Positions 18,729 to 28,616 of a DNA stretch of 64,000 nt are shown here, one piece after another. How positions within the stretch are numbered: position 1 is the first letter of the stretch; the number at the start of each line of letters is the position of its first letter. The stretch comes from an uncultured Pelagibacteraceae bacterium (GTDB lineage: Bacteria; Pseudomonadota; Alphaproteobacteria; Pelagibacterales; Pelagibacteraceae). A model generated the notes under the pieces. It was not told where the DNA came from. It ran no database searches and was given only the letters and a program-made list of their open reading frames with translations. A program made the translations under genes and the position numbers. Location of the stretch: positions 44,146 through 108,145 of the forward strand of contig CACGZX010000001.1 of the NCBI GenBank assembly GCA_902577625.1, read 5' to 3'.

Positions 18729-19163
18729 ATGAAAACTCTAAAAAATCTTACTGTTTTAATTACTTTATTATTTTTTACGTCTAGTTCGTTTGCAGCAGAT
18801 GAAACTATTGAAATGCTGAATAAATTAGGAAAAGAATCTATGGTTTATTCCAAAAAAGTTGTGAGAATAGATGTTGGAGATACTGTTTTTTGGAAATCAA
18901 CAAATCCAGGACATAACGTTGAGTTTATAAAAGGTGGAGTACCTGCTGGTGTTGAAAAATTTAAAACTAAGTTTAGCAAAGATGCTGAATATACTTTTAC
19001 AGTTCCAGGTATTTATGCTTACTGGTGTACACCGCATAAGAGTATGGGTATGATAGGGTTTGTAGTTGTTGGAAATGATAAATCTAATCTAGAAGATATT
19101 AAAAAAATTAAATATTATTCTAGATCAAAAAAAATAGCACCAGAATTAATAAATTCTCTGTAA
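18729..19163 (+). CDS. Pseudoazurin-like type-1 copper protein
   Basis: Signal peptide, IEMLN, GHNV, YWCTPHKSMGM (His/Cys/His/Met ligands). Confidence 0.9.
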   Translation: MKTLKNLTVLITLLFFTSSSFAADETIEMLNKLGKESMVYSKKVVRIDVGDTVFWKSTNPGHNVEFIKGGVPAGVEKFKTKFSKDAEYTFTVPGIYAYWCTPHKSMGMIGFVVVGNDKSNLEDIKKIKYYSRSKKIAPELINSL

Positions 19164-19168
19164 ATAAC

Positions 19169-20455
19169 TTAATTTGAAAAGCCGTATTTTCTAAGTCTTA
19201 CATCGCCAGTTCGTGCGTGTGCTTCCATCCCTTCGTATCTTGAAATTCTTGCAGCCGCAGCACCCACTTCTTTTGTAGACTCTTTTGTCATTCTTTGAAA
19301 ACTTAGTGTTTTAATAAATTTTCCTACAAATAATCCACCTGTATATCTTCCAGCACCTTTAGTTGGAAGAATATGGTTTGTTCCTGAACATTTGTCACCG
19401 TAAGCTACCGTTGTTTCTTCACCTATAAATAAAGATCCATAGTTTTTTAATCTTTCATGAAACCATTTCAAATTTTTTGTCTGAACTTCTAAATGCTCTG
19501 GTGCATATTCATCACTAATTTTTGCCATTTCTTCATCAGTATCGCAAAGAATAACTTCACCAAAATCTCTCCATGCATCACCAGCACTTTGTCTTGGTAG
19601 TTTTGGTAAATCTGCAATTAACTCAGGTACTCTTTTCATAACATCTTCAGCTAATTTTTTACTTGTAGTAAATAACCAAGCAGGTGAGTTGTAACCATGC
19701 TCAGCTTGGCCAACTAAGTCAAATGCTACTATCTCTGGATCAGCCGTTTCATCAGCGATTACAGCAATTTCTGTAGGACCAGCAAATAAATCAATACCAA
19801 CTTTTCCAAACAATATTCTTTTTGCTTCTGCAACAAATTGATTTCCTGGCCCAACCAAAATATCAGCTGGTGCATTCCCAAACAATCCATTTGTCATAGC
19901 AGCGATTGCTTGAACTCCACCTAAATTCATAATTACATCTGCTCCACACAAATCAGCTGTATAGATAATTGATGGGTGCACTCCAATACCTGGTTTTGGT
20001 GAACTACAAACTAAAATATTTTTAACTCCAGCTACTTTAGCAGTTGTAACACTCATTACAGCTGAAGCTATATGAGCATATCTTCCCGCAGGCACGTAGC
20101 ATCCTGCTGTATTAACAGGTATTAATTTTTGACCAGCATATAAGCCTTCTGAAAGTTCAACTTCAAAATCTTGACCGTAGTTTTTTAATTGTGCTTCTGC
20201 AAATTTTCTAACTCTTTCGTGTGAAAACTGAATATCATCCTTTGTTTTTTGATCTAAATTTTTTTTTATTTCTTCTATTTTTTCTTTAGAAACTATGATT
20301 TCACCATCGTACTTATCAAATTTTTTTCCAAGTTCTTTACAAGCTCCTTCTTTTTTTACTTCAATATCTTTTAAAATATTTTCTACAATTTCTCTTGTCT
20401 TTGTGTCATCAGTCGATGATGTTTTTGGTGATTTTTTTAGATATTTGATTGTCAT
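19169..20455 (-). CDS. hpsN: Sulfopropanediol (DHPS) 3-dehydrogenase, HisD paralog
   Basis: HisD fold but N-terminus MTIKYLKK and GRYAHIASA, AGPTE, GQAEHG, YGDK where true HisD has AGPSE/SQAEH/GDY; sulfonate gene context. Confidence 0.8.
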   Translation of the reverse strand: MTIKYLKKSPKTSSTDDTKTREIVENILKDIEVKKEGACKELGKKFDKYDGEIIVSKEKIEEIKKNLDQKTKDDIQFSHERVRKFAEAQLKNYGQDFEVELSEGLYAGQKLIPVNTAGCYVPAGRYAHIASAVMSVTTAKVAGVKNILVCSSPKPGIGVHPSIIYTADLCGADVIMNLGGVQAIAAMTNGLFGNAPADILVGPGNQFVAEAKRILFGKVGIDLFAGPTEIAVIADETADPEIVAFDLVGQAEHGYNSPAWLFTTSKKLAEDVMKRVPELIADLPKLPRQSAGDAWRDFGEVILCDTDEEMAKISDEYAPEHLEVQTKNLKWFHERLKNYGSLFIGEETTVAYGDKCSGTNHILPTKGAGRYTGGLFVGKFIKTLSFQRMTKESTKEVGAAAARISRYEGMEAHARTGDVRLRKYGFSN

Positions 20456-20480
20456 AATTTTAAAGCTTTTAAATCATTAA

Positions 20481-21392
20481 TTAATCTAATGCAACTACTG
20501 CTGCTGCCATAGAAGCTAATCTTGCTGGAGCTTCATCTGATCTGCTTGTTATAACAACTGGAACTTTTCCTCCAATAACTACACCTGCGGCGCAAGCACC
20601 CATGAAATATATCATCATCTTAACCAATCCATTTCCAGCTTCAACACTTGGAACTAATAAAACATCAGCTTGACCTGCAACTGTATTTTTAATTCCTTTA
20701 ATTGCAGCTGATTTTTTTGAAATACTATTATCAAATGCAAGAGGTCCAAAAACATCAGCATTTAAATTTTCTTTTTTTGTTAATTCAGTAATTTCTTTTG
20801 CATCTTGCGAACTTTGAACACTATCCAAAACCTCTTCTGTTGCTGATAATATAGCAACCTTTGGTCTTTCATTTCCAATTCTGTTTGAAAAATTAATTAC
20901 ATTTTTAAGTATATGCATTTTTGTTTTAACATTAGGCAACACATTTAAAGCTCCATCAGTAATTATTAATGGTTTATCTTCTTTATCTAAAGTCATATGC
21001 CAAATGTGGCTTAATCTAGTTTTACCTAATAAATTATATTCTCTTTTTAAAACTTCTTTCATGAGAACATCTGTATGAATATGACCTTTAACAATTATTC
21101 TTATTTTATTTTCTGAGGCTAATTTTGCTGCAACTTTTGCAGTATTATTTTCTACAGGTTCGTGAATAATTTCAAATTTTGATATATCAAATTTCAAATT
21201 ATGAGCACATTTTTGAATTTCATCTTTATCACCAATGAAAATTGGTATGATTAAATCTTCCTTAACAGCGTCCATAACAGACAGCATTGGAAGAGGTTTT
21301 CCCGCATTAACTATTCCTGCTACCACACCCTTTTTTTTATGTGCAACGTTTAGAAGGTTATTTGGACAGACTATTTCTTTATCTGAAAGCAT
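20481..21392 (-). CDS. pta: Phosphate acetyl/butyryltransferase
   Basis: VKG.IHT, TDGALN..P, GPLAFDN, VP..EAGN, TSRSD. Confidence 0.8.
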   Translation of the reverse strand: MLSDKEIVCPNNLLNVAHKKKGVVAGIVNAGKPLPMLSVMDAVKEDLIIPIFIGDKDEIQKCAHNLKFDISKFEIIHEPVENNTAKVAAKLASENKIRIIVKGHIHTDVLMKEVLKREYNLLGKTRLSHIWHMTLDKEDKPLIITDGALNVLPNVKTKMHILKNVINFSNRIGNERPKVAILSATEEVLDSVQSSQDAKEITELTKKENLNADVFGPLAFDNSISKKSAAIKGIKNTVAGQADVLLVPSVEAGNGLVKMMIYFMGACAAGVVIGGKVPVVITSRSDEAPARLASMAAAVVALD

Positions 21393-21467
21393 TTTTTAGT
21401 TTTTTGTATATATAAATTTATTATAATTTATAGTAAAATAGATAAATTAGAAAACTATGTCGGAACT

Positions 21468-22316
21468 ATGGAAATAGTAACAAAAATAGCACCTATTGCA
21501 CTAGCATTGATAATGCTTGGTCTTGGTTTGGGTTTGACAACTCAAGATTTTGTGAGAGTCATAAAACAGCCAAAGGATTTTTTAGTCGGTTTTACATCTC
21601 AGCTCATTATTTTACCTATAGTTGCTTTCATATTAATAAAAATTCTAGGAACATCACCGGAAATTGCTTTAGGAGTAATGATAATAGCAGCTGCACCCGG
21701 TGGAATCACATCAAATGTTTTAACAAAATTTGCAAAAGGAGACGTAGCATTATCAGTTTCGTTAACAGCAGTTATAAGCATTATTAGTATTATAACAGTT
21801 CCACTGATTGTTTTTACTTCAGCAGACCTTTTGGGAGTTAGCTTTGCAAATGAAAATATTAACATAACTGGAACAGCTTTAAAAATGGCTTTGGTAGTAG
21901 CAGTACCAGTAATTTTAGGAATGATTATTAGAAAATTTGCAGATAATTTTATAGGTTCGAAAATTTCTATTATTGATAAAATTACAGGTATATTATTTTT
22001 AATTGTTTTTATTGCAATTTGGGTTGAGGAAAAAGATAATATTTTTAATTATTTAGCTCAAGCAGGATTAGTAGTTTTAACTTTAAATATCGTAATGATG
22101 ATTATTGCTTACTTTCTAGCAAAAACTTTTGCATCAGGAATAGAGCAAATAAAATGTATTTCACTTGAGTGTGGACTTCAAAATGGAACTTTAGCAGTTT
22201 TTGTTGCTACAGAAATTTCAAGTGAAATTGTTTATATGATACCTACAGCTGCGTATGCATTAATAATGTACATAACCGGATTTATATTTATTTATTTTTT
22301 AAGAAACAAAGCTTAA
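21468..22316 (+). CDS. Bile acid:sodium symporter (BASS) family transporter
   Basis: IMLGLGL, APGGITSN, GDVALSVSLT, ECGLQNG. Confidence 0.9.
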   Translation: MEIVTKIAPIALALIMLGLGLGLTTQDFVRVIKQPKDFLVGFTSQLIILPIVAFILIKILGTSPEIALGVMIIAAAPGGITSNVLTKFAKGDVALSVSLTAVISIISIITVPLIVFTSADLLGVSFANENINITGTALKMALVVAVPVILGMIIRKFADNFIGSKISIIDKITGILFLIVFIAIWVEEKDNIFNYLAQAGLVVLTLNIVMMIIAYFLAKTFASGIEQIKCISLECGLQNGTLAVFVATEISSEIVYMIPTAAYALIMYITGFIFIYFLRNKA

Positions 22317-23308
22317 TTATTCCAAAAAGGACATTCGCTTTTTGCAAAAAGATATTTTTTCAAGTTATCATTTAATTTTAATGTAGTTATAGACATTCCA
22401 GCCATCTCCATAGAAGTTGCGTATCTTCCAACATAAGTTTTAATATTTTTTATTTTTGAATTTGATAAGTTTTCATTAACTCTTTTAGATATAATATATA
22501 ATTCTTCAAGTGGTGTGGCACCTAAACTATTTATCATAACTACAATATTGTCGTTAGCAGTCAGTTTAGAATCTAAAATAATTCTTTTATATAAGTCATC
22601 AACTAACTCATTTGCAGGTCTTAATTTTTCTCTTTTTATTCCAGGCTCTCCATGTATTCCCATTCCTATTTCAATTTCATCATCACTAATTTCAAAAGTA
22701 GGTTTTCCAGCTTCAGGTAAAATACAAGGTGAAACAGCAACACCAAGAGTTCTAATATTATTATTAACTTCTGTTGCAGTTTTAAATACATCTTCGAGAG
22801 ATGCTCCAGTTTCAGCAATTGCACCTGCAATTTTAAATACAAATATCATTCCAGCTATTCCCCTTCTTTTTTCTTTCTCAGCCTCACTCGCGCTTGCAAT
22901 ATCATCAGCAACAATTACTTTTTTTGTTTTAATTCCTTCAGCTTCAGCCATTTCACAAGCCATTTCAAAATTCATAACATCACCACCATAATTACCAATA
23001 ATGCACAAAACTCCATTGCCATTATCAGCATTTTTTATAGCTGATACCATTTGTTCTACTGATGGAGATGCAAACACTGATCCTATAGCACATGTATCTA
23101 AAAATCCTTTACCAACATAACCTGTAAATACCGGTAAATGTCCTGATCCGCCTCCTGTTACTATCCCAACTTTATTTGAAGCTTTATTTGCTCTCATTAC
23201 AACTCTGGTATTATCTTTTGCAAAAGAATAAACATCGGGGTGAGATTTAATAAGCCCATCAATTGACTCTTCTACAAAATTAGCCGGATTATTGATTATT
23301 TTTTTCAT
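22313..23308 (-). CDS. dhaK: Dihydroxyacetone kinase substrate-binding subunit
   Basis: GGGSGHLP, NYGGD.MNF, RRGIAG, GMGIHGEPG, TSMEMAG. Confidence 0.9.
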   Translation of the reverse strand: MKKIINNPANFVEESIDGLIKSHPDVYSFAKDNTRVVMRANKASNKVGIVTGGGSGHLPVFTGYVGKGFLDTCAIGSVFASPSVEQMVSAIKNADNGNGVLCIIGNYGGDVMNFEMACEMAEAEGIKTKKVIVADDIASASEAEKEKRRGIAGMIFVFKIAGAIAETGASLEDVFKTATEVNNNIRTLGVAVSPCILPEAGKPTFEISDDEIEIGMGIHGEPGIKREKLRPANELVDDLYKRIILDSKLTANDNIVVMINSLGATPLEELYIISKRVNENLSNSKIKNIKTYVGRYATSMEMAGMSITTLKLNDNLKKYLFAKSECPFWNN

Positions 23309-23352
23309 AACTATTTTTATATTTTAAATTTAAAAATATATATACTAGTAAA

Positions 23353-24492
23353 ATGACAAAAACTTTTAAAGTAGAGATTTCAGAGGAAAGCCTCCAAAAT
23401 ATATATTCAAAGGTTAAGAACTATCAATGGCATGAGATGCCTGACGACGGAGGTTGGGATTATGGAACAAACTTAGATTACATGAAAGAATTTGCTGATT
23501 ATTGGGTTAATAAATTTAATTGGAGAAAAACAGAAGAAAAAATAAATAAATTTAATAATTTTAAATCTAATATAGATGGAATTGATATTCATTTTATTCA
23601 TGAAAAAGGAAGTGGATCTAAACCTAAACCATTATTATTAAATCATGGTTGGCCTGGTTCTATAGTAGAATTTTTACATATTATTGATCAACTAGCTCAC
23701 CCTGAAAAATATGGAGGAAAAGAAGAAGACGGATTTGATGTTGTTGTTCCATCTTTACCAGGTTATGGATTTTCAGAGCGTCCTCCAAGACCAATCGGTC
23801 CAAGAAAAATGTCAGCAATATTTAATTCGTTAATGACCAATACTTTGGGTTATAAAAAATATATATCTCAGGGAGGTGATTTTGGAGGAACAATATGTAC
23901 TTGGCTAGCATACGATTTTCCAGAAAGTCTATTAGGAATACATATTAATATTTTAATTACTCGTCATCCAGATGGACCGCAAACACCTGAAGAAAAAGAC
24001 TGGCAAGAAAGATTTAAAAAAGAACAAAGAATCGAAGATGGTTATAGAACACAACAAGCAACAAAACCACAAACATTAAGTTACGCAATGATGGATAGTC
24101 CAGTAGGTGTTGCTGCATGGATAATCGAAAAAATGAGGGGCTGGTCAGATATAAAAAATGGAGATATTGAAAGCGTTTATTCAAAAGATATTTTATTATC
24201 AAACATCATGGTTTATTTAGTAACTAAAACATTCAATACAGCATCTTGGATTTATTATGGAAGAAGAGAAGAAGGAGGAAGATTTCTTCCAAAAGATCAT
24301 CTTCCTTTAAAAGTCCCAACTGCAATTGCAAAATTTCCAAAAGAATATTTAGAATGGGCTCCTAAATCGTATGTAGAAAGAATATATAATGTTCAACAAT
24401 GGACAGAGATGCTTGCAGGAGGCCATTTTGCAGCTTTAGAGCAACCTGATTTATTAATTAAAGATATTAAGAAGTTTGCAAAGAGTTTATGA
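23353..24492 (+). CDS. Epoxide hydrolase (microsomal type)
   Basis: HGWPGS, PSLPGYGFS, QGGDFG, DSPVG, GGHFAALE. Confidence 0.92.
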   Translation: MTKTFKVEISEESLQNIYSKVKNYQWHEMPDDGGWDYGTNLDYMKEFADYWVNKFNWRKTEEKINKFNNFKSNIDGIDIHFIHEKGSGSKPKPLLLNHGWPGSIVEFLHIIDQLAHPEKYGGKEEDGFDVVVPSLPGYGFSERPPRPIGPRKMSAIFNSLMTNTLGYKKYISQGGDFGGTICTWLAYDFPESLLGIHINILITRHPDGPQTPEEKDWQERFKKEQRIEDGYRTQQATKPQTLSYAMMDSPVGVAAWIIEKMRGWSDIKNGDIESVYSKDILLSNIMVYLVTKTFNTASWIYYGRREEGGRFLPKDHLPLKVPTAIAKFPKEYLEWAPKSYVERIYNVQQWTEMLAGGHFAALEQPDLLIKDIKKFAKSL

Positions 24493-25478
24493 TTTTGGAA
24501 GAATTTATAAAAAAATCACCAAAAGCTGAATTACATTTACACATTGAAGGAACGTTGGAACCTGAACTTATGTTTTCTTTAGCAAAAAGAAACAATATTG
24601 ATATTCCATTTAAAAATGTCGATGATGTAAAAAAAGCATATAATTTTAGTAATTTAGACTCTTTTTTAAAAATTTATTATGAGGGGGCTAAAGTACTAAT
24701 AAAAGAACAGGATTTTTTCGATCTTACATGGGCTTACATATTAAAATGTAGAGAAGACAACATTGTACATACTGAAATCTTCTTTGATCCACAAACTCAT
24801 ACAGATAGAGGAATTGATTTTGATATTGTTATAAATGGAATTTTTAATGCTTTAAAGAAAGCTGAAAAAGAATTTGGTTTAAGTTTTAAAATAATAATGT
24901 GTTTTTTAAGACATTTAAGTGAAGATGAGTGTTTTAAAATATTAGATAAAGCGCTGGCACATAAAGATAAGATATTTGGAGTTGGGTTAGATTCATCAGA
25001 GACAGGCAATCCACCTAAAAAATTTAAAAATTTATTTAAAAAAGCGTTAGAAAATGAATTTATAACAGTAGCTCACGCAGGTGAAGAGGGGCCACCAGAA
25101 TATATTTGGGAAGCCTTAAATTTTTTAAATGTTCATAGAATTGACCATGGAGTTCAATGTCTTAAGGATGACAAACTGGTTGGAATTTTGTCAGAAAGCC
25201 AAATTCCTTTAACAGTATGTCCACTTTCAAATGTAAAATTAAAAGTTTTCAATAAATTAGAAGATCACAACTTAAAAAAAATGTTAGATAAAAAATTAAT
25301 GGTCATGGTGAATTCAGATGATCCTGCTTATTTTGGTGGTTATTTAAATAAAAATTTGACTGAAACACAAGCAGCCCTGGATCTTTCCTATGAACAAGTA
25401 AAAACGTTACTTATTAATTCGTTTAAATCCTCTTTTTTAAATGATACGGAAAAGAAAAAATGGATTTCTAAAATCTAA
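24489..25478 (+). CDS. add: Adenine/adenosine deaminase
   Basis: PKAELHLHIEG, HAGEEG, RIDHG, CPLSN, NSDDPAYFGG. Confidence 0.9.
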   Translation: MILEEFIKKSPKAELHLHIEGTLEPELMFSLAKRNNIDIPFKNVDDVKKAYNFSNLDSFLKIYYEGAKVLIKEQDFFDLTWAYILKCREDNIVHTEIFFDPQTHTDRGIDFDIVINGIFNALKKAEKEFGLSFKIIMCFLRHLSEDECFKILDKALAHKDKIFGVGLDSSETGNPPKKFKNLFKKALENEFITVAHAGEEGPPEYIWEALNFLNVHRIDHGVQCLKDDKLVGILSESQIPLTVCPLSNVKLKVFNKLEDHNLKKMLDKKLMVMVNSDDPAYFGGYLNKNLTETQAALDLSYEQVKTLLINSFKSSFLNDTEKKKWISKI

Positions 25479-25508
25479 AATGTTATTAAAAAAATTGAAA
25501 ATATTTAA

Positions 25509-25646
25509 ATGCAAAAAATAATTTTTATTACAATATCTTTATTAATCATTGGATATGTAATTTATATGGGAGTTTCAGCAGTGATTAGAGGAAAAAAATA
25601 CAAAGAAGAAAATCAAAAAGAAAAAAATGAAGAGGAAAATAAATGA
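25509..25646 (+). CDS. 45-aa single-TM protein with a charged tail (not in the ORF track)
   Basis: MQKIIFITISLLIIGYVIYMGVSAVIRGKKYKEENQKEKNEEENK*; ATGA overlap with the next gene. Confidence 0.65.
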   Translation: MQKIIFITISLLIIGYVIYMGVSAVIRGKKYKEENQKEKNEEENK

Positions 25647-25825
25647 ATTTAAGCACAGTGGTAATAGTAATTTACGCAATCGGCATTATTATAGGCGCTT
25701 TATTTCTTGATTTATGGGGTGCCGAAACATCATTGTCTAAGGCTATGGCAGGAGTTGTGTGGACAGTATTGTTTTTGATTTGTCTATTTTACTTTGAAAA
25801 AAAAGACGAACAAAATAGAGAGTAG
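25643..25825 (+). CDS. Small 2-TM membrane protein
   Basis: 60 aa, SD GAGG, overlaps both neighbours. Confidence 0.7.
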   Translation: MNLSTVVIVIYAIGIIIGALFLDLWGAETSLSKAMAGVVWTVLFLICLFYFEKKDEQNRE

Positions 25826-26397
25826 TGAAAAAGTTAATATCAAAAATTAATTTTATAGTTTGCCTAATTTTTCTTTTCTCGTACTCTACAACGATGGCAA
25901 ATGAAGAAGCAACTTACAATGTAGTACAAAAAAACGATATTTATGAAATTCGTTATTATTCAGATCGATTAATAGTTCAAGTACCAAACAAGGGAGATAA
26001 TAATAGTTTTCGAAAACTTTTTAAATATATTTCTGGAGAAAATAAAAACTCTGAAAAAATAGCAATGACAGTTCCAGTTACCCAAACAAAAAAAGATGAT
26101 CAAATGTTTATGCAGTTCTACCTCCCTTCAAAATTTAATAGAGAAACTACCCCTATACCAAACAATCCTGATCTTGAAATTACAACAATTTCAGAAGGTT
26201 ATTTTGCAGTAATAGAATTTTCAGGAAGATCATCTGATAAAAATTTTGATAAACATAATAAAATTCTTAAGCAAAAACTTTTGGAAGATAATATTTCTAT
26301 AAAAGGTTTTGCTATTAGGGCAACTTATAATAGTCCTTTTACACTCCCTCCTTTAAGACGAAATGAATCAATGTTTAGTATTGATTGGAAAGAATAA
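25825..26397 (+). CDS. SOUL heme-binding family protein (exported)
   Basis: EIRYY, FRKLFKYISG.N, IAMTVPV, YNSPFTLPPLRRNE. Confidence 0.9.
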   Translation: MKKLISKINFIVCLIFLFSYSTTMANEEATYNVVQKNDIYEIRYYSDRLIVQVPNKGDNNSFRKLFKYISGENKNSEKIAMTVPVTQTKKDDQMFMQFYLPSKFNRETTPIPNNPDLEITTISEGYFAVIEFSGRSSDKNFDKHNKILKQKLLEDNISIKGFAIRATYNSPFTLPPLRRNESMFSIDWKE

Positions 26398-26410
26398 ATT
26401 TTAGTAAAAT

Positions 26411-26878
26411 TTATTTTAAGTTTTTAACTTCTTCAAAAACTTCTTTGGCATGGTCTTTAACCCTAACATTATTCCAAATTTTGTGAATTTTTCCCTGAGA
26501 ATTAATCAAAAATGTAGTCCTTACTATTCCCATAAATTCTTTACCTAAAAAAGATTTTTTTCCCCAGACACCATATTTTTTTATTACTTCTTTTTTTTCA
26601 TCAGACAACAAATCAAATTTCAATTTATATTTTTTTTTAAATTTTAAATGACTTTCGATACTATCTTTTGAAATACCAAGAACGATACTTTTATTCTTAT
26701 TAATTAAACTATTTAATTTACTAAAATCTTTAGACTCTATTGTGCACCCAGGAGTATCATCTTTTGGATAAAAATATAAAATTATATTCTTCTTTTTAAC
26801 TTTATTTAATTCAAAAATATTTCCATCTGTACTGGCAAGTTTAAAATTAGGTGCTTTATTGTTTGTTTTTAATTTCAT
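26411..26878 (-). CDS. bcp: Thiol peroxidase Bcp/PrxQ
   Basis: LYFYPKDDTPGCT, RTTFLI. Confidence 0.9.
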   Translation of the reverse strand: MKLKTNNKAPNFKLASTDGNIFELNKVKKKNIILYFYPKDDTPGCTIESKDFSKLNSLINKNKSIVLGISKDSIESHLKFKKKYKLKFDLLSDEKKEVIKKYGVWGKKSFLGKEFMGIVRTTFLINSQGKIHKIWNNVRVKDHAKEVFEEVKNLK

Positions 26879-26959
26879 ATTCACAAATTAAATATCTGAA
26901 AATTACGTTGTGTCAATGAGGCTCATTGTAATCTATTTTAGTATTCATACTATAATTAT

Positions 26960-27415
26960 ATGAGAAGAAACTTTTTAAAATTATTCAGCGCATCAGTAAT
27001 TTCACTAATATTATTTCCATATAAATATTTATACTCAGCTACAAAAAAAATAATAAATCAAAATCTAACAGAACAGCAAAAACATATACTTTTTAATGAA
27101 GGAACTGAACGTCCGTTTACTAGTTCTTTGCTTTACGAAAAGAGAGATGGTTTTTATCACTGTGCCAATTGTGATGCTAAATTATTCAGCTCCAATTCAA
27201 AATATGATAGTGGAACTGGTTGGCCCTCATTTACAGAGGCTCTTCCTGGGGCTTTTAATACTAAAACTGATTACTCATTTGGAATGAAAAGAGTCGAATA
27301 TCATTGTGCAAAATGTGGAGCACATCACGGTCATGTTTTTGAGGACGGCCCTGGTGAAAATGGTATGAGATTTTGTAATAATGGCCTTTGTTTAATTTTT
27401 AAACCAACAAACTAG
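26960..27415 (+). CDS. msrB: Methionine-(R)-sulfoxide reductase with Tat signal
   Basis: MRRNFLK; GTERPF, two CxxC, GTGWPSF, HHGHVF.DGP, RFCNNG. Confidence 0.93.
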   Translation: MRRNFLKLFSASVISLILFPYKYLYSATKKIINQNLTEQQKHILFNEGTERPFTSSLLYEKRDGFYHCANCDAKLFSSNSKYDSGTGWPSFTEALPGAFNTKTDYSFGMKRVEYHCAKCGAHHGHVFEDGPGENGMRFCNNGLCLIFKPTN

Positions 27416-27416
27416 T

Positions 27417-27914
27417 ATGAAAAAATTAATTTTAATATTTTTTTTAATTCCAAACATTTTATTTGCATCATCAATGAAGATGATAGGAGAGAAAGGTAAA
27501 TTATCAGAAATAAGCAGAACAATTGAAATAAAAATGTATGATAATTATTTTGAACCAAATGTATTAAATATAAAAAAAGGCGAAGTAATTAAATTTATTG
27601 TTAAAAACTACGGTGAACTAGTTCATGAATTTAATATTGCTACTAAAGAAATGCATATTAAGCATCAGCCAGAAATGATGAAGATGGTAGAACACGAAAT
27701 ACTATTAGCAGACAGAATTGATAAAGAAAAAATGAAAGAAATGGCAAAAAAAGATCATTCAATGGCTCATTCTCATTCTAATAGTGTTTTATTGGAACCT
27801 AATGAAATTGGTGAAATAATTTGGAAATTTAATACTGATGCAAATCTTGAAGTAGCGTGCAACGTTCCTGGTCATTATCAAGATGGAATGATAGCTACAG
27901 TAAGTTTGAATTAG
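27417..27914 (+). CDS. Periplasmic cupredoxin (CopI-like, His/Met-rich)
   Basis: Signal peptide, HEF, His/Met-rich loop, ACNVPGHYQDGM. Confidence 0.85.
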   Translation: MKKLILIFFLIPNILFASSMKMIGEKGKLSEISRTIEIKMYDNYFEPNVLNIKKGEVIKFIVKNYGELVHEFNIATKEMHIKHQPEMMKMVEHEILLADRIDKEKMKEMAKKDHSMAHSHSNSVLLEPNEIGEIIWKFNTDANLEVACNVPGHYQDGMIATVSLN

Positions 27915-27925
27915 AATTTTTATAA

Positions 27926-28480
27926 ATGAGATTTAAATTTTTAACAATTCTATTTATTGGATTGTTAAACTTCACAAACAATGTTTTTGCTGATGATAAA
28001 ATTTTAACCTCACTCCAAGAAGGTAATAAAATAATTTTTATTAGACATGCAATTGCACCTGGAAATGGTGATCCAGAAAATTTTAATATCAAAGACTGTT
28101 CTACTCAAAGAAATTTAAGTGAAAACGGGATTAAGCAATCAAAGAAAATAGGTCTTTTTTTTAAAAATAATAAAATAAAAATTGATAAAGTGCTATCAAG
28201 TGAGTGGTGCAGATGCAAAGATACAGCAAAATATGCATTTAAAAATTTTGAAACTTTTGATGCTTTAAATTCATTTTACGATGAAAGGTTTGCTAAAAAT
28301 GAAACTAAACAAATTAACGATTTAAAAAAATATATTAAAAATTGGAATAGCGATAAAAACTTAGTTTTTGTTACTCACTATGTAGTTATTTCATCAATTT
28401 TAAATATAGGTACATCTTCTGGAGAAATTATAATTTCAGATAAAAATTTTAATATAATTGGAAGTGTTAATACAATGTAG
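27926..28480 (+). CDS. Exported histidine phosphatase family protein
   Basis: IRHA, CSTQRNL, SSEWCRC.DTA, VTH. Confidence 0.85.
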   Translation: MRFKFLTILFIGLLNFTNNVFADDKILTSLQEGNKIIFIRHAIAPGNGDPENFNIKDCSTQRNLSENGIKQSKKIGLFFKNNKIKIDKVLSSEWCRCKDTAKYAFKNFETFDALNSFYDERFAKNETKQINDLKKYIKNWNSDKNLVFVTHYVVISSILNIGTSSGEIIISDKNFNIIGSVNTM

Positions 28481-28490
28481 GGGATTTCTG

Positions 28491-28613
28491 TTATAAATCC
28501 ATATTTGGCCAATTGTCTCTATCATTGTACTTATCAAGCTCTCTTTTTGAAAAGGGTCTAAACAACACCCAGCCAACAACTATTACTAAAGCTAAAAGTA
28601 TTAATGTTTCCAT
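28491..28613 (-). CDS. 40-aa single-TM protein after dhaL (not in the ORF track)
   Basis: METLILLALVIVVGWVLFRPFSKRELDKYNDRDNWPNMDL*; starts 3 nt after the dhaL stop. Confidence 0.65.
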   Translation of the reverse strand: METLILLALVIVVGWVLFRPFSKRELDKYNDRDNWPNMDL

Positions 28614-28616
28614 GAG

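Noticed and set aside
19169-20455. Histidinol dehydrogenase (hisD) call
   Set aside because: Motif variants and sulfonate context fit HpsN better; no his genes nearby
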